From NCBI GenBank assembly GCA_963708075.1, contig OY970194.1:5056001-5120000 (forward strand): a stretch of DNA of 64,000 nt, read 5' to 3'. Under the pieces are notes generated by a model. It did no database searches. It saw only the letters and a list, made by a program, of their open reading frames with translations, and was not told where the DNA came from. Positions 1 through 9,580 of the stretch are shown in pieces (the first letter of the stretch is position 1; the number at the start of each line of letters is the position of its first letter). The DNA comes from Sedimentisphaerales bacterium (GTDB lineage Bacteria; Planctomycetota; Phycisphaerae; Sedimentisphaerales; Anaerobacaceae). The position numbers and the translations under genes were made by a program.

Positions 1-212
1 CCACTGCCGGCGGTGAGGCCGGTCTTCAGCAGAGCCTTTGCCTTGTCGAGCACCTGCGGCAAGTCCTGGTCGGCGAGGATCTGCCGGGCCAGCGTTTGCG
101 AATTGGCTGGTGGCGCGTTTGCCGGGGTTGCCCCGTCGGCAGCAAAAACGGGCCTGCCGGCGAGCAACGTCACTGTCATGAGGACAACGTGATTCATATG
201 CAGGCGAGACAA
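1..212 (-). CDS. 5' part of a secreted protein, possibly a six-hairpin glycosidase-like protein; truncated by the window edge
   Basis: TTG start after an AGGAGG RBS; reads MSRLHMNHVVLMTVTLLAGRPVFAADG...KAKALLKTGLTAGSG, with a signal-peptide-like N-terminus. Confidence 0.5.
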   Translation of the reverse strand, partial: MSRLHMNHVVLMTVTLLAGRPVFAADGATPANAPPANSQTLARQILADQDLPQVLDKAKALLKTGLTAGS

Positions 213-395
213 GTCAGCCTCCTGAGATAAGTCTTGTTCCGAGCTACGGCGAAGCGCCACACCGCAGCGAAATCAGGGACTCATCATACCCCGCGAGCCG
301 CCGATATACAACAATGTCCGCCGGGGATGCGGAATGCTCTGCGGGGAACTGAAGATGTCAGGAGACTGCCGCACGCGGCTCCCAGGAAAATGGAA

Positions 396-430
396 CAGGC
401 TGCAGAGGGCGGGGAGTTCTCTGCAGCCTG
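396..430 (-). terminator. Putative intrinsic terminator of the ParA-CBM48 gene
   Basis: 12-bp perfect stem CAGGCTGCAGAG/CTCTGCAGCCTG followed on the minus strand by TTCCATTTT, about 45 bp past the stop codon. Confidence 0.55.
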
Positions 431-473
431 CGAGATTCGGGTCTGCCCGGGCAAGGGCTCGTCACTCGACGGA

Positions 474-1949
474 TCAATGCACGTCGAGGAGGGAGTTGTA
501 CTCGCCGTAGGGGTTGAGCTCGGTCCGCTCGTTATAGGGGTCCTGCTGCCACTGGCCGTCGACGACGAGCCGGTAGCGGTAGGTGCCCTGGGGCAGCTTC
601 ATTTTGAGCTGCCAGACGCCGGAGTCGCCAACCCGCTGCATGGTGGTGGTGGCGGGCTGCCAGTTGTTGAAATCGCCGGCGATTTGGACGTTGCTGGCCC
701 GCGGATAGAGCGTGACAAAGACGACGGCATCCTGGATCTGGTTGACGCCGTAATAGTCGCTGAGCTTCTCGTCGATCGTCGGGGCAGGCTTCGTGGCTTG
801 GACCACCGGCTCGACGGCAGGGGTTGCGACAGTGGTCGGGGCGGCGGGCGATGCAACCCGGGCCGGGGCCACTGGGGCGACCGTGGCGACCGGAGCCGCT
901 GCTGAGACAACAGCGACCTCTGCGGTTGCAGGGACAGCCACTGCCGGGGCCGTTGCGATCGGAATTGCGGCGGGCGGCGCGATGGGAGTCACAGGAGTCG
1001 GTGCGGGAGTCACCTTGTGCGGGTGGACGGTCGTGCTGATCGGGATTGTCTCCAGAGGCTTCGGCGGCTCCGCCACGACGGCCGGCTTGGCCGTCTTGAG
1101 CAGCTCGGTCGCACTGGCCCCGATGGATTCGAGCTGATCGGCCAGCGAGTCCACCAGACGCTTGCTCTTGACCTGCGGATGCTCCGCCGCCCCGATCACT
1201 TCCTGCGCCAGAGATCGGAAATCCTGTTGGCCCTTGCTCGCGGGATCATATTCGCCGATGGGCTGGCCGAAGCTGGCCGCCTCTTTGATCCGGGTGTTGA
1301 AGTTCACCACGGTCTTGAACATGCGGTCGGAGAAGTGGGAGCGGAGCTCGGCGAGGATCTCGCGGGCCATTTTCGTCCGGATGTCGTACATGCTGGCCAG
1401 CACTCGCACGGAGACGTCCTGCTGGCATCGCTTGCAGAGGATGCTCAGCGTCTCAAGCTGCTTGCTCAGCCCGTGCAGGGCGAAATACCCGGTTTCGACG
1501 GGCACCACGACATCGGTCGCCGCCCGCAGGGCGTTAAACGTCAGCAGACTTACCGCCGGAGGGCAGTCCACCACGCAAAAATCATACTCGCCATCCACAT
1601 CCGTCAGGACATTCCTCAGGCAGCACTCGCGATCGGCGATCCCGGCCATCTGCTGCTCGAACGCCGACAGGTCGATACTCGCCGGCGCCAGTTCCAGGCG
1701 CTCCCCGATCTGCCACAGGATCTCCGTCAGCCGCATCGGCTCGCCCCGGCTCTTGCTGATCAGCACGTCATAGATGCTCTGCTCGATTTGCTCCTCAGGC
1801 ACTGCCAGCCCCACTGCACAGTGCGACTGCGAGTCCATATCCACCAGCAGCACACGTTTGCCCAACTCCGCCAACGCGCTGGCCAGATTGATGGACACCG
1901 TGGTCTTCCCACAACCACCTTTTTGGTTCACGATCGCAACTGTTCTCAT
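474..1949 (-). CDS. ParA/Soj-family ATPase with a Pro/Ala/Thr-rich linker and a C-terminal CBM48/AMPK-type glycogen-binding domain
   Basis: Deviant Walker A NQKGGCGKTT and VVDCPP; C-terminal VQIAGDFNNW...GVWQLKMKLPQGTYRYRLVVDGQWQQDPYN...NS motif typical of CBM48/E-set domains. Confidence 0.9.
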   Translation of the reverse strand: MRTVAIVNQKGGCGKTTVSINLASALAELGKRVLLVDMDSQSHCAVGLAVPEEQIEQSIYDVLISKSRGEPMRLTEILWQIGERLELAPASIDLSAFEQQMAGIADRECCLRNVLTDVDGEYDFCVVDCPPAVSLLTFNALRAATDVVVPVETGYFALHGLSKQLETLSILCKRCQQDVSVRVLASMYDIRTKMAREILAELRSHFSDRMFKTVVNFNTRIKEAASFGQPIGEYDPASKGQQDFRSLAQEVIGAAEHPQVKSKRLVDSLADQLESIGASATELLKTAKPAVVAEPPKPLETIPISTTVHPHKVTPAPTPVTPIAPPAAIPIATAPAVAVPATAEVAVVSAAAPVATVAPVAPARVASPAAPTTVATPAVEPVVQATKPAPTIDEKLSDYYGVNQIQDAVVFVTLYPRASNVQIAGDFNNWQPATTTMQRVGDSGVWQLKMKLPQGTYRYRLVVDGQWQQDPYNERTELNPYGEYNSLLDVH

Positions 1950-2228
1950 GTTTGTCTCCGTACACGACCCGAGATTCAGCCGCCGGTCCCTGGCGGCTCC
2001 CCAACCGTCGCAGGCCTTAAAATCCTGCATATCAGCACTGATCCACGCGAATTCACTGCTACAGTCTCTCTTTCGGCACGAATGTCCCCAAAACTTTACC
2101 CTTTTATGGGACGGCCCAATAAAAAGACCCCGAAGGTAGAGAAACCACCCCCTCTTATCGGCCCGTTACCCCCATCCCAACGTCCCACGGCGCCGAGCCA
2201 AAGGTGGAAAGGCGTGAGGGCAAGACGC

Positions 2229-2250
2229 GTAGGGTGCGCCTTGCCCCACC
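2229..2250. repeat. GTAG-type REP-like half element (family D)
   Basis: GTAGGGTGCGCCTTGCCCCACC, similar to copies at 54136 and 58729. Confidence 0.5.
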
Positions 2251-2675
2251 GCTCTGCCTGTGTTTCAAACCAGGAAGAACACCAGGCGCACCAGGCAAAG
2301 ACCCAGGCTTTGAACCAGCAACGAACAACCAGCAACAGACATAGGACGACTATCCACTATGTGGCAATACCACCTACTGGGTACATGGTGGAACTGGGCA
2401 GGCTGGGCAATGTACACACATGCGTGTCTGATGTCGTTGCGACAGGAGGGTGACAACCTCCAATCCGCAATCGGGCACGCCGCTCACCACTCCCGATTGA
2501 CAGATGCCTTCTCTGTGGCCTCCGCATGCCTGGCGAAAGGTGATCTCTTCTCGCTCACGGTCCGCATGGGCTGAAGCTCATCCTACACCTTCCTTTCGGA
2601 GTCAGCTTCCTTTATGATGGCGGGCGTTGAGTCATGTGGTGATCATCGACTTGGCCGGAGAGAAAGGAGAATGGC

Positions 2676-4664
2676 ATGAGCAAGGTAAATGTCGCTCGGT
2701 TGCGGCTGGTTGTGCCGATCGCGGTGTGCGGGCTCGTCGTGGGAGCGGTGTGGGCGGCGGGACAGGGGGACACGAAGCTGAATCTCCCCATCGCGGCGGG
2801 GCCGTTCCAGCCGGAGTTTGACTCGTTCACGCAGTACCAGTGTCCCGAATGGTTCCGTGATGCCAAGCTCGGCATGTGGGCGCACTGGGGACCGCAGGCG
2901 GTGCCGATGATGGGCGACTGGTACGCCAAGCACATGTACGTCCAGGGACACGTGCAGTACAAGCATCACTTGGAGACCTACGGCCATCCCTCCACGAACG
3001 GATACAAGGACATCATCCCGCTCTGGAAAGCGGAGAAATGGGACCCGGATCGGCTGATGGCGATGTACAAGAAGGCCGGGGCCCGCTACTTCGTCAGTAT
3101 GGGCTCACACCACGACAATTTCTACCTGTGGAACTCGAAACTGCACAAGTGGAACGCCGTGCAGATGGGCCCCAAGCGCGACGTCGTCGGCGACTGGCAG
3201 AAGGCGGCCAAGAAGCAGGGGCTCTACTTCGGCGTCTCCGAGCACCTCGGCGCCAGCTTCACCTGGTTCCAGGACAGCCATAAATCCGACAAGACGGGTC
3301 CGAAGGCAGGCGTGCCCTATGACGGGGCGGACCCGCAGTGGCAGGACCTGTACCACTTCCCCGCCGAACCGGGCGACACGGCGTGGTACAGCACGAACCC
3401 GAAGTGGCAGCAGCAGTGGTTCGATCGGATCAAGGAGTTGGTGGACATGTACCAGCCGGACCTGCTGTACACCGACGGCGGCGTGCCGTTCGGCAACGAG
3501 GTCGGCCGCAGCCTGATCGCGCATCTCTACAACGCCGATGCCGCACGGCACGACGGCAAGCCCCGGGTCGTGTACACCTGCAAGCAGGAATCCAAGGGCA
3601 TGTGGATCGACGACCTGGAGCGCGGCGTCATGCCCGGCATCCGCCCGACGCCCTGGCAGACCGACACCTCCATCGGCGACTGGTACTATAACAAGAACTG
3701 GAAGTATCGCGGAGCCGACTGGGTGATCCACATGCTCGTGGATATCGTCAGCAAGAACGGCAACCTGCTGATCAACGTCGTGCAGCGGCCGGATGGGTCA
3801 CTCGATCCGGAGGCCGAGCAGATCCTTGCCCAAATGGCCGACTGGATCGCCATCAACGGCGAGGCCATCTACGGCACGCGTCCCTGGCTGATCCACGGCG
3901 AAGGCCCGGTCCGCGCCCGGGGCGGTAGCTTCAAAGAGGACTTCGCTTACACCGCCAAAGACATCCGCTTCACAGCCAAGGGCGACGACACGCTATATGC
4001 GTTCGTCATGGGCTGGCCGACGGAGAAACAGATCACGATCCGCTCGCTGGCCAAGCTGCCCGGCGTGGCGGGCAAGATCAGCCGCGTGACGCTGTTGGGC
4101 TTCCGGGGCGAGATCACATGGACGCACGGTGCCGACGGCCTGACGATCCAGGTGCCCGATATGAAGCCGTGCGACTATGCCGTGGCGTTCAAGATCGCAG
4201 GCGAGGACCTGCGCGGCTTCAAACCGGAGCAAGCCGTGCCCACGGCCGGCGCGGTCGTCCAGCCCGATGCCGCCGGCAGATACGTGCTTGCCCCGGACAC
4301 AGTGGACCTGCACGGCAGTCTGCGGGAGGAAACCCGGGGCGGCCAGCTCAACATCGGGTTCTGGGATAATGCGAAGGACTGGGCTTCATGGAAGGTGAAC
4401 GTGAAACAGCCGGGCAAGTTCCACGTCACGGCCAGTTGCGCCACGGTCCATCCCGGCTCGTCGTTGACGGTCGAGGCGGCCGGACAGAAGCTGATGTCCA
4501 ACGCGCCGCAGACTGGGGCCTGGGACAAGTTCCAGGAAATGGACATGGGCACGCTGGAGTTCAAGCAGGCCGGTGAACAGGTCGTGAATGTCCGTCCGAG
4601 CGATCCGCAAACCTGGAAAGCTGTCAATCTCCGCCAGGTGACACTCACCCCGGCAGGCAAATAG
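2676..4664 (+). CDS. Secreted alpha-L-fucosidase (GH29) with a C-terminal beta-sandwich/CBM-like domain
   Basis: Signal peptide; PEWFRDAKLGMWAHWG, HHDNF, YQPDLLYTDG, DIVSKNGNLLIN and NGEAIYGTRPW motifs. Confidence 0.9.
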   Translation: MSKVNVARLRLVVPIAVCGLVVGAVWAAGQGDTKLNLPIAAGPFQPEFDSFTQYQCPEWFRDAKLGMWAHWGPQAVPMMGDWYAKHMYVQGHVQYKHHLETYGHPSTNGYKDIIPLWKAEKWDPDRLMAMYKKAGARYFVSMGSHHDNFYLWNSKLHKWNAVQMGPKRDVVGDWQKAAKKQGLYFGVSEHLGASFTWFQDSHKSDKTGPKAGVPYDGADPQWQDLYHFPAEPGDTAWYSTNPKWQQQWFDRIKELVDMYQPDLLYTDGGVPFGNEVGRSLIAHLYNADAARHDGKPRVVYTCKQESKGMWIDDLERGVMPGIRPTPWQTDTSIGDWYYNKNWKYRGADWVIHMLVDIVSKNGNLLINVVQRPDGSLDPEAEQILAQMADWIAINGEAIYGTRPWLIHGEGPVRARGGSFKEDFAYTAKDIRFTAKGDDTLYAFVMGWPTEKQITIRSLAKLPGVAGKISRVTLLGFRGEITWTHGADGLTIQVPDMKPCDYAVAFKIAGEDLRGFKPEQAVPTAGAVVQPDAAGRYVLAPDTVDLHGSLREETRGGQLNIGFWDNAKDWASWKVNVKQPGKFHVTASCATVHPGSSLTVEAAGQKLMSNAPQTGAWDKFQEMDMGTLEFKQAGEQVVNVRPSDPQTWKAVNLRQVTLTPAGK

Positions 4665-4746
4665 GCCCGCGCCGCCAGGGTCCGCGCAAATGTCACGGGG
4701 GCACCGGGCAGCCAAGAGAAATTCCCGCGAGCGGGGCACTTTGCGC

Positions 4747-4774
4747 TTGACAAAGTGGAAACGGTCGCTACACT
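4747..4774 (+). promoter_or_regulatory. Putative sigma70 promoter
   Basis: TTGACA-16 bp-TACACT pointing toward the secreted-protein cluster. Confidence 0.5.
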
Positions 4775-5340
4775 ACGCGTGCAACTTGGTAGTTAGTTCT
4801 TCACGAATGCGGTAATACGGTGTGGGGTACATAGGGTACGAGCATGGATGCTGCGTGTATGTTCCCACGGACCGGTATCGCCGCTCCCTCCGACGAGCCG
4901 CTGTATCGACCATCCAAGCACCCGGCTGAATCCTGCTCCATCCGCAAGGCGTGTCTGTTCCCGCAGGGGACCAGCGTTTGACGGATGGCGGGGAATGTCT
5001 CAGCCGGAGACGCGCAGGACCCATCGTTATCCCTTTGCATCGGCTGTGCCGACACAAGGGCGGTGCGCCCGCGAGTATAGCGATACCGGTGCACGACAAT
5101 TTGGAACGTGAGCCGGAGCGTCTGTGTGACGCCGGCAGAGGACACAACATGGCATAAACGCTTGGAGGGTGTTCCGCAGGGGTTTGCCCAGGGAGGAGGA
5201 GGGTCTCCGCACGCATAGCGCTTCGGGCCCGTGGAGGGCTCGAAGATGGAGGCTGCCGGGAATCGTGAGCTCGCTTGGAGTCGGGCAGGGCTGCCGGGGG
5301 GCTTTTGCGCGGAATGGAGTCATAGTCGTGGGAAAGGAGA

Positions 5341-6582
5341 ATGATGATGAAAAGGATAGTGGCAGCGTCAATTTCTGTCGTGCTGACCGCCACGGCGGCG
5401 TGGAGCCAGCCCGTGAATTCAAACACGGTCCAGAGTACCCAGCAACAGAGCTCGATGGCAGTCGGCGGGGGCAATGCGGATTCGGTCTCCACGGCGATCG
5501 TGGGAGACAACATGGCCACCGCCCAGGGCGGCGTCGGCTGGTCGAACTCGACGTCCGAGGGCGGCACAGGGGTCGCCTGGAGTGACGGGGACTCGGCGGC
5601 CGTGGTGGACATCGACAGCACGTCGATCTCGCGGTACCACAACCACACGCCGCCAATGACGACGTATCCACCCTACCTGCCCCTGTGGAATCACGGCGGC
5701 TGGGGCACGATCAACGCCTATTTCCCCAACGGCCCGGCGGTCGGGGACGGCGCCTACCAGCGCTCGTTCAACCCGTCGGACCCCGAGGACATGCGTGAGC
5801 TCAGACGAATGCTCACTTCGATTCCATACGACGGTCCCCTCAACATGCTCGGCGGTGTACTCCGAGGCGTCGTGACAGCGTTTGGGGGACCGGACTACTA
5901 TCACCGCGGTCGCGGGTTTGAGATCGCCAACGCCCTCGTGCGCGATCGTCGCCCGCAGGGAAAACCGCTCGTGGTGTTCATCGATAGCCTGATCGACCCG
6001 CAGCTCCTCAAGGACAACGGCTACGCCTACGTCGGACGCATGAGCCTGGAGGGTAAGTGGGACCGCAACTGGGACCAGGTGTACAACGCCGCGATTGCCG
6101 AGGCGCTGCCGTGGGACGTGGACGTGCTGCTCATCGCCGGCGGCATGAAGGGCGTCACGGTCGGCTCGAACACCAGCTTCCCCTCCGCCGCCCTGGGCTA
6201 CGCCCAGGAGGATCATTCGCTGTCGCTGTTCGGCGGCAGCGCCAGTGGCGTGACGGAGGGCAAGGGCGAAGCGGTCGTCAGCGCATCGGGCTTCCGCTAC
6301 AGCCCGTCGCTGCTCCAGAAACGACGGATCCCCGAGGACTTGTTCGCGAAGATCCGCCGACCCGCGCCTGCGACAATGGGCGCGGCGCCGACACAGGCGG
6401 CGCTGCCCACGGCCGTGCGGGCCGCGACACCGACGGCCGCAACGGGACCGACCCCGGCCACCCAGGCGCGCCCGGCGGTTTCCGAGACGGCAGCACGCAG
6501 AGGGCCCGGTATCGAGGTGAGCCAGGAACTGTACAACATGGCCGGCTTCACCGGCCAAGTCGACAATGTCATGGTGAAATAG
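5341..6582 (+). CDS. Secreted hypothetical protein (Gly/Ser/Gln-rich N-terminus, globular core, Ala/Pro/Thr tail)
   Basis: AAAGGAGA RBS; signal peptide MKRIVAASISVVLTATAAWS; no recognised family. Confidence 0.8.
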   Translation: MMMKRIVAASISVVLTATAAWSQPVNSNTVQSTQQQSSMAVGGGNADSVSTAIVGDNMATAQGGVGWSNSTSEGGTGVAWSDGDSAAVVDIDSTSISRYHNHTPPMTTYPPYLPLWNHGGWGTINAYFPNGPAVGDGAYQRSFNPSDPEDMRELRRMLTSIPYDGPLNMLGGVLRGVVTAFGGPDYYHRGRGFEIANALVRDRRPQGKPLVVFIDSLIDPQLLKDNGYAYVGRMSLEGKWDRNWDQVYNAAIAEALPWDVDVLLIAGGMKGVTVGSNTSFPSAALGYAQEDHSLSLFGGSASGVTEGKGEAVVSASGFRYSPSLLQKRRIPEDLFAKIRRPAPATMGAAPTQAALPTAVRAATPTAATGPTPATQARPAVSETAARRGPGIEVSQELYNMAGFTGQVDNVMVK

Positions 6583-6746
6583 CGTCTCCGGGGAACGGGA
6601 ACACGGAGTATGGAGAGCGCCGCGGGGAGAAAGGAGGGCGCCATCCCGCAACGCATGGGGCGAGCATGAATCGCGCAGACCGATTGTCGACGCGTGGTCG
6701 GCGATCCAAAGGACTGTAAGACAGAAGGAAGCGAAAGGAGTTGACA

Positions 6747-7346
6747 ATGTCGAAGGTAGTTGTAGTTTCTATGGTTGTCGCATTATTGGCCGGTTCGAGC
6801 GCATTCGGCGACGTGCCCGCAGCGCTGAGCCAGATCCAGAACACGGACATCGGGTTGACCAATGTGATCGACCTGTTCAATGGGGATCAGGCGGCCAGTG
6901 CTCTGCAGAACCTGGCGGTCCAGAATGACCAGTTCACCAGCAACCCCCACAGCACCTTCGCCAGCCAGGCCCTGTTCGGAATCTTCGCGCAGGTCGGACA
7001 TGCCTCGGGCGACTGCTCGCTCGTGGGCGTGCTGCAAGACCTGGCGACGACCGGCATGCAGGCCCAGATGCTCGATAACGGCATGGGTGCGAAGACGCAA
7101 GGACAGAGCCTGGACCTTCTGGCCACCCAGGGCGTGCTGAAGGCCGAGGGCGCCGGCTCCGGCAACGCGCTCCACCAGCTTCAACTTGCGGCCGATCAGG
7201 AGGGCGGAAATGTCGCCGGGAACATGTCTCAGTCCAGTGCGATCCTCGGGCTGCAGAACGCAGACGTCACCGGCGCCGCCACGGCGACCGGCCAGGTGCA
7301 AAGCACCATGAGCGTGTCCACCGTGCAGAGCCAGGCCACCCTCTAA
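6747..7346 (+). CDS. Secreted Gln/Ala/Gly/Ser-rich protein (paralog 1)
   Basis: AAGGAGTTGA RBS, signal peptide, periodic Gln; aligns by eye with the next gene. Confidence 0.8.
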   Translation: MSKVVVVSMVVALLAGSSAFGDVPAALSQIQNTDIGLTNVIDLFNGDQAASALQNLAVQNDQFTSNPHSTFASQALFGIFAQVGHASGDCSLVGVLQDLATTGMQAQMLDNGMGAKTQGQSLDLLATQGVLKAEGAGSGNALHQLQLAADQEGGNVAGNMSQSSAILGLQNADVTGAATATGQVQSTMSVSTVQSQATL

Positions 7347-7491
7347 GACGGCGGCAAGTCCTGACAGCGCCACAGTCATCCTCGGATGGTGGCGCGGGGA
7401 GCTGATAGCGCACGATCGCCGCATCATGGCGTCACGGGCCTTCGGGCTCGCCGGTCAGGCAAAGGAGTTTGCCGGAAAAGGAGTTGAGATT

Positions 7492-8082
7492 ATGCGTAAA
7501 GGATGTGCAGTTGCAGCGGTGCTGGTACTGCTGCTGTCATCTGCGTCCCTCGCCGCAATTGGCCAGACCCAGGGCTTCGTCCTGGACAACACACATGCCA
7601 TACTCACCACCGGGCCGGACGGCGCCGCCACGAACACCAACACCCTGATCGTAGCGCAGGACCAGTTGGCCATCGATGCGGGCGGTCATGTCCTTGCGTT
7701 CCAGGGTGAGACCGGCTCGCTGGTGCAAAGCGCCGGTGCTGCCGCCATCACCGGGATTCTTGGCGTGGTGCAGACCGGACTCGGGTTCGGCGCCCAGGGC
7801 CAGGTGCAGAATGGCTCGGGCTTCGATCTCGGGACGCAGCTTCAGGATCTCGATGCGAATCTGTCCCAGAGCCTCATCGGCGACGGGCTGGGTTCAGCCC
7901 TGGGACTGCAGAACTTCGTGGGATTTCAGACACAGATGGTCTTCACGATCTACGGCGCCAGTGCGAACAGCCAGGCCATCGGCGTTTCGCTGGCCGATGG
8001 CCTCGGCCGGCCCACGCCGGGCGCCGGCACGATTCTCAGTGCCGCAAGCGATATCGGCCTGACTCAACTAGGCGCGCAGTAA
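7492..8082 (+). CDS. Secreted Gln/Gly/Ala-rich protein (paralog 2)
   Basis: Same AAGGAGTTGA RBS, signal peptide, Gln positions in register with paralog 1. Confidence 0.8.
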   Translation: MRKGCAVAAVLVLLLSSASLAAIGQTQGFVLDNTHAILTTGPDGAATNTNTLIVAQDQLAIDAGGHVLAFQGETGSLVQSAGAAAITGILGVVQTGLGFGAQGQVQNGSGFDLGTQLQDLDANLSQSLIGDGLGSALGLQNFVGFQTQMVFTIYGASANSQAIGVSLADGLGRPTPGAGTILSAASDIGLTQLGAQ

Positions 8083-8502
8083 TCTGCTTCACATCGGTGA
8101 TTGCCGGCAGGCGGAGCCCGACAGGATTCCTGCACAGGCTCGCCTTGCCGCACGCCTCTGGTCGGACGGATGGACGCAACGTCGCTCCGATCGACGGGAC
8201 AGCCAGCCCCCGACCAGAGGCTTCTTCTTGCGCCCGGCACGATCCCCGACGGCGCAGTAACGGTCCGCGCATATCCCCGTCCTATATAGTGAAGGTGCGC
8301 ACGGCACACCCTGTGAGCTCTGTGCGGTGAGGTGCCCTTCCCGGGAATCGGCCGGCCGGGTGGCCCTGCAACGCCGGCGGAGCTTGAACGCAAGGTGTCG
8401 AGCGGTTAAAATGATGGTGAGTTCTGGCGTAGAACTCAAATCCCGACGAATACGTAAGAATAAGATAGTGGTGTGCAGGGCACACGCTACGGGAGACTGA
8501 AC

Positions 8503-9447
8503 GTGACGACTGCGCGAGTGCAAAACCCGCTCCTGGGGCCGCTGAAGGAGAATCTCCAGAGTGTCATCTATGGCAAAAGTGACTCGATCGACGTGCTGAT
8601 CGTCGCGCTGCTGGCGGGCGGGTCGGTACTGATCGAGGACGTCCCGGGGGTGGGCAAGACGACGCTGGCCAAGGCCCTGGCCAAGAGCATCGACGCACAG
8701 TTCCGGCGGATTCAGTTCACCCCGGACCTGCTTCCGGCGGACATCCTGGGCTCTTCCATCTATAACCCGGTCAGCGGGGAGTTCCGCTTCGATCCGGGGC
8801 CGATCTTCTGCAATATTCTGCTGGCCGACGAGATCAACCGGGCCTCGCCCAGGACGCAATCGGCGTTGCTGGAGGCGATGAATGAGGGTCAGGCGACTAT
8901 CGAAGGCGAGCGGCGGCCGCTGCCCCAGCCGTTCCTGGTAGTCGCGACGGAGAACCCGATCGAGTTCCACGGCACGTACCCCCTGCCGGAGGCGCAGTTG
9001 GACCGATTCCTGATCCGGCTGGCCATCGGCTATCCGGCGGCCGACGTCGAGGTCGATATCCTCAAGTCGCACGCCCGAAGCCACCCGCTCGACGGGATCG
9101 CACCTGTGCTCACGCTCGAGCAGATCCGTCAGATTCAGAAGGAAGTGTCCGATATTCACGTGGATAACAATATCCTCGAATACATTGTCGAGATCATCCA
9201 CGCGACCCGGCACGACAACCGGCTCGAGCTCGGCATTAGCACGCGCGGCTCGCTGATGCTCTCGCGGGCGGCCCAGGCACGCGCGTACTTCGTCGGCCGT
9301 GACTTCGTGATCCCGGATGATGTCCTGTGGCTGATCCCGCACGTGCTGCCGCACCGCGTCATCTTGACCTCGAAGATGCGATATGACGGCGCGACAGCTA
9401 GGCAGATCATCGGCGAGATCGTCAACAGGGTCAAAGTACCGGTATAA
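8503..9447 (+). CDS. moxR: MoxR-family AAA+ ATPase
   Basis: EDVPGVGKT, RIQFTPDLLPADI, LADEINRASPRTQSALLEAM, GTYPLPEAQLDRF. Confidence 0.93.
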   Translation: MTTARVQNPLLGPLKENLQSVIYGKSDSIDVLIVALLAGGSVLIEDVPGVGKTTLAKALAKSIDAQFRRIQFTPDLLPADILGSSIYNPVSGEFRFDPGPIFCNILLADEINRASPRTQSALLEAMNEGQATIEGERRPLPQPFLVVATENPIEFHGTYPLPEAQLDRFLIRLAIGYPAADVEVDILKSHARSHPLDGIAPVLTLEQIRQIQKEVSDIHVDNNILEYIVEIIHATRHDNRLELGISTRGSLMLSRAAQARAYFVGRDFVIPDDVLWLIPHVLPHRVILTSKMRYDGATARQIIGEIVNRVKVPV

Positions 9448-9455
9448 AGGGATAT

Positions 9456-9557
9456 CAAGAGTCAAAATGCAAAAATCAAGATGACAAGTCAAAGATCAGG
9501 AGTAGGGGGCGTCGCGCAGCAACTCCGCAGTTTTGACTTTTGATGTTTGATCTTTGA
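9456..9557. repeat. Inverted pair of degenerate heptamer arrays (TCAAARA / TYTTTGA)
   Basis: tcaagag tcaaaat gcaaaaa tcaagat...tcaaaga, mirrored by ttttgac ttttgat gtttgat ctttgat. Confidence 0.65.
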
Positions 9558-9580
9558 TTCTCTTCCGGACCGATAAAGCT

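Noticed and set aside
1017..2453. Long antisense ORFs (for example 1017-2453, 10941-12482, 20466-22229, 59466-60800)
   Set aside because: Shadow ORFs opposite well-supported genes, expected in GC-rich DNA
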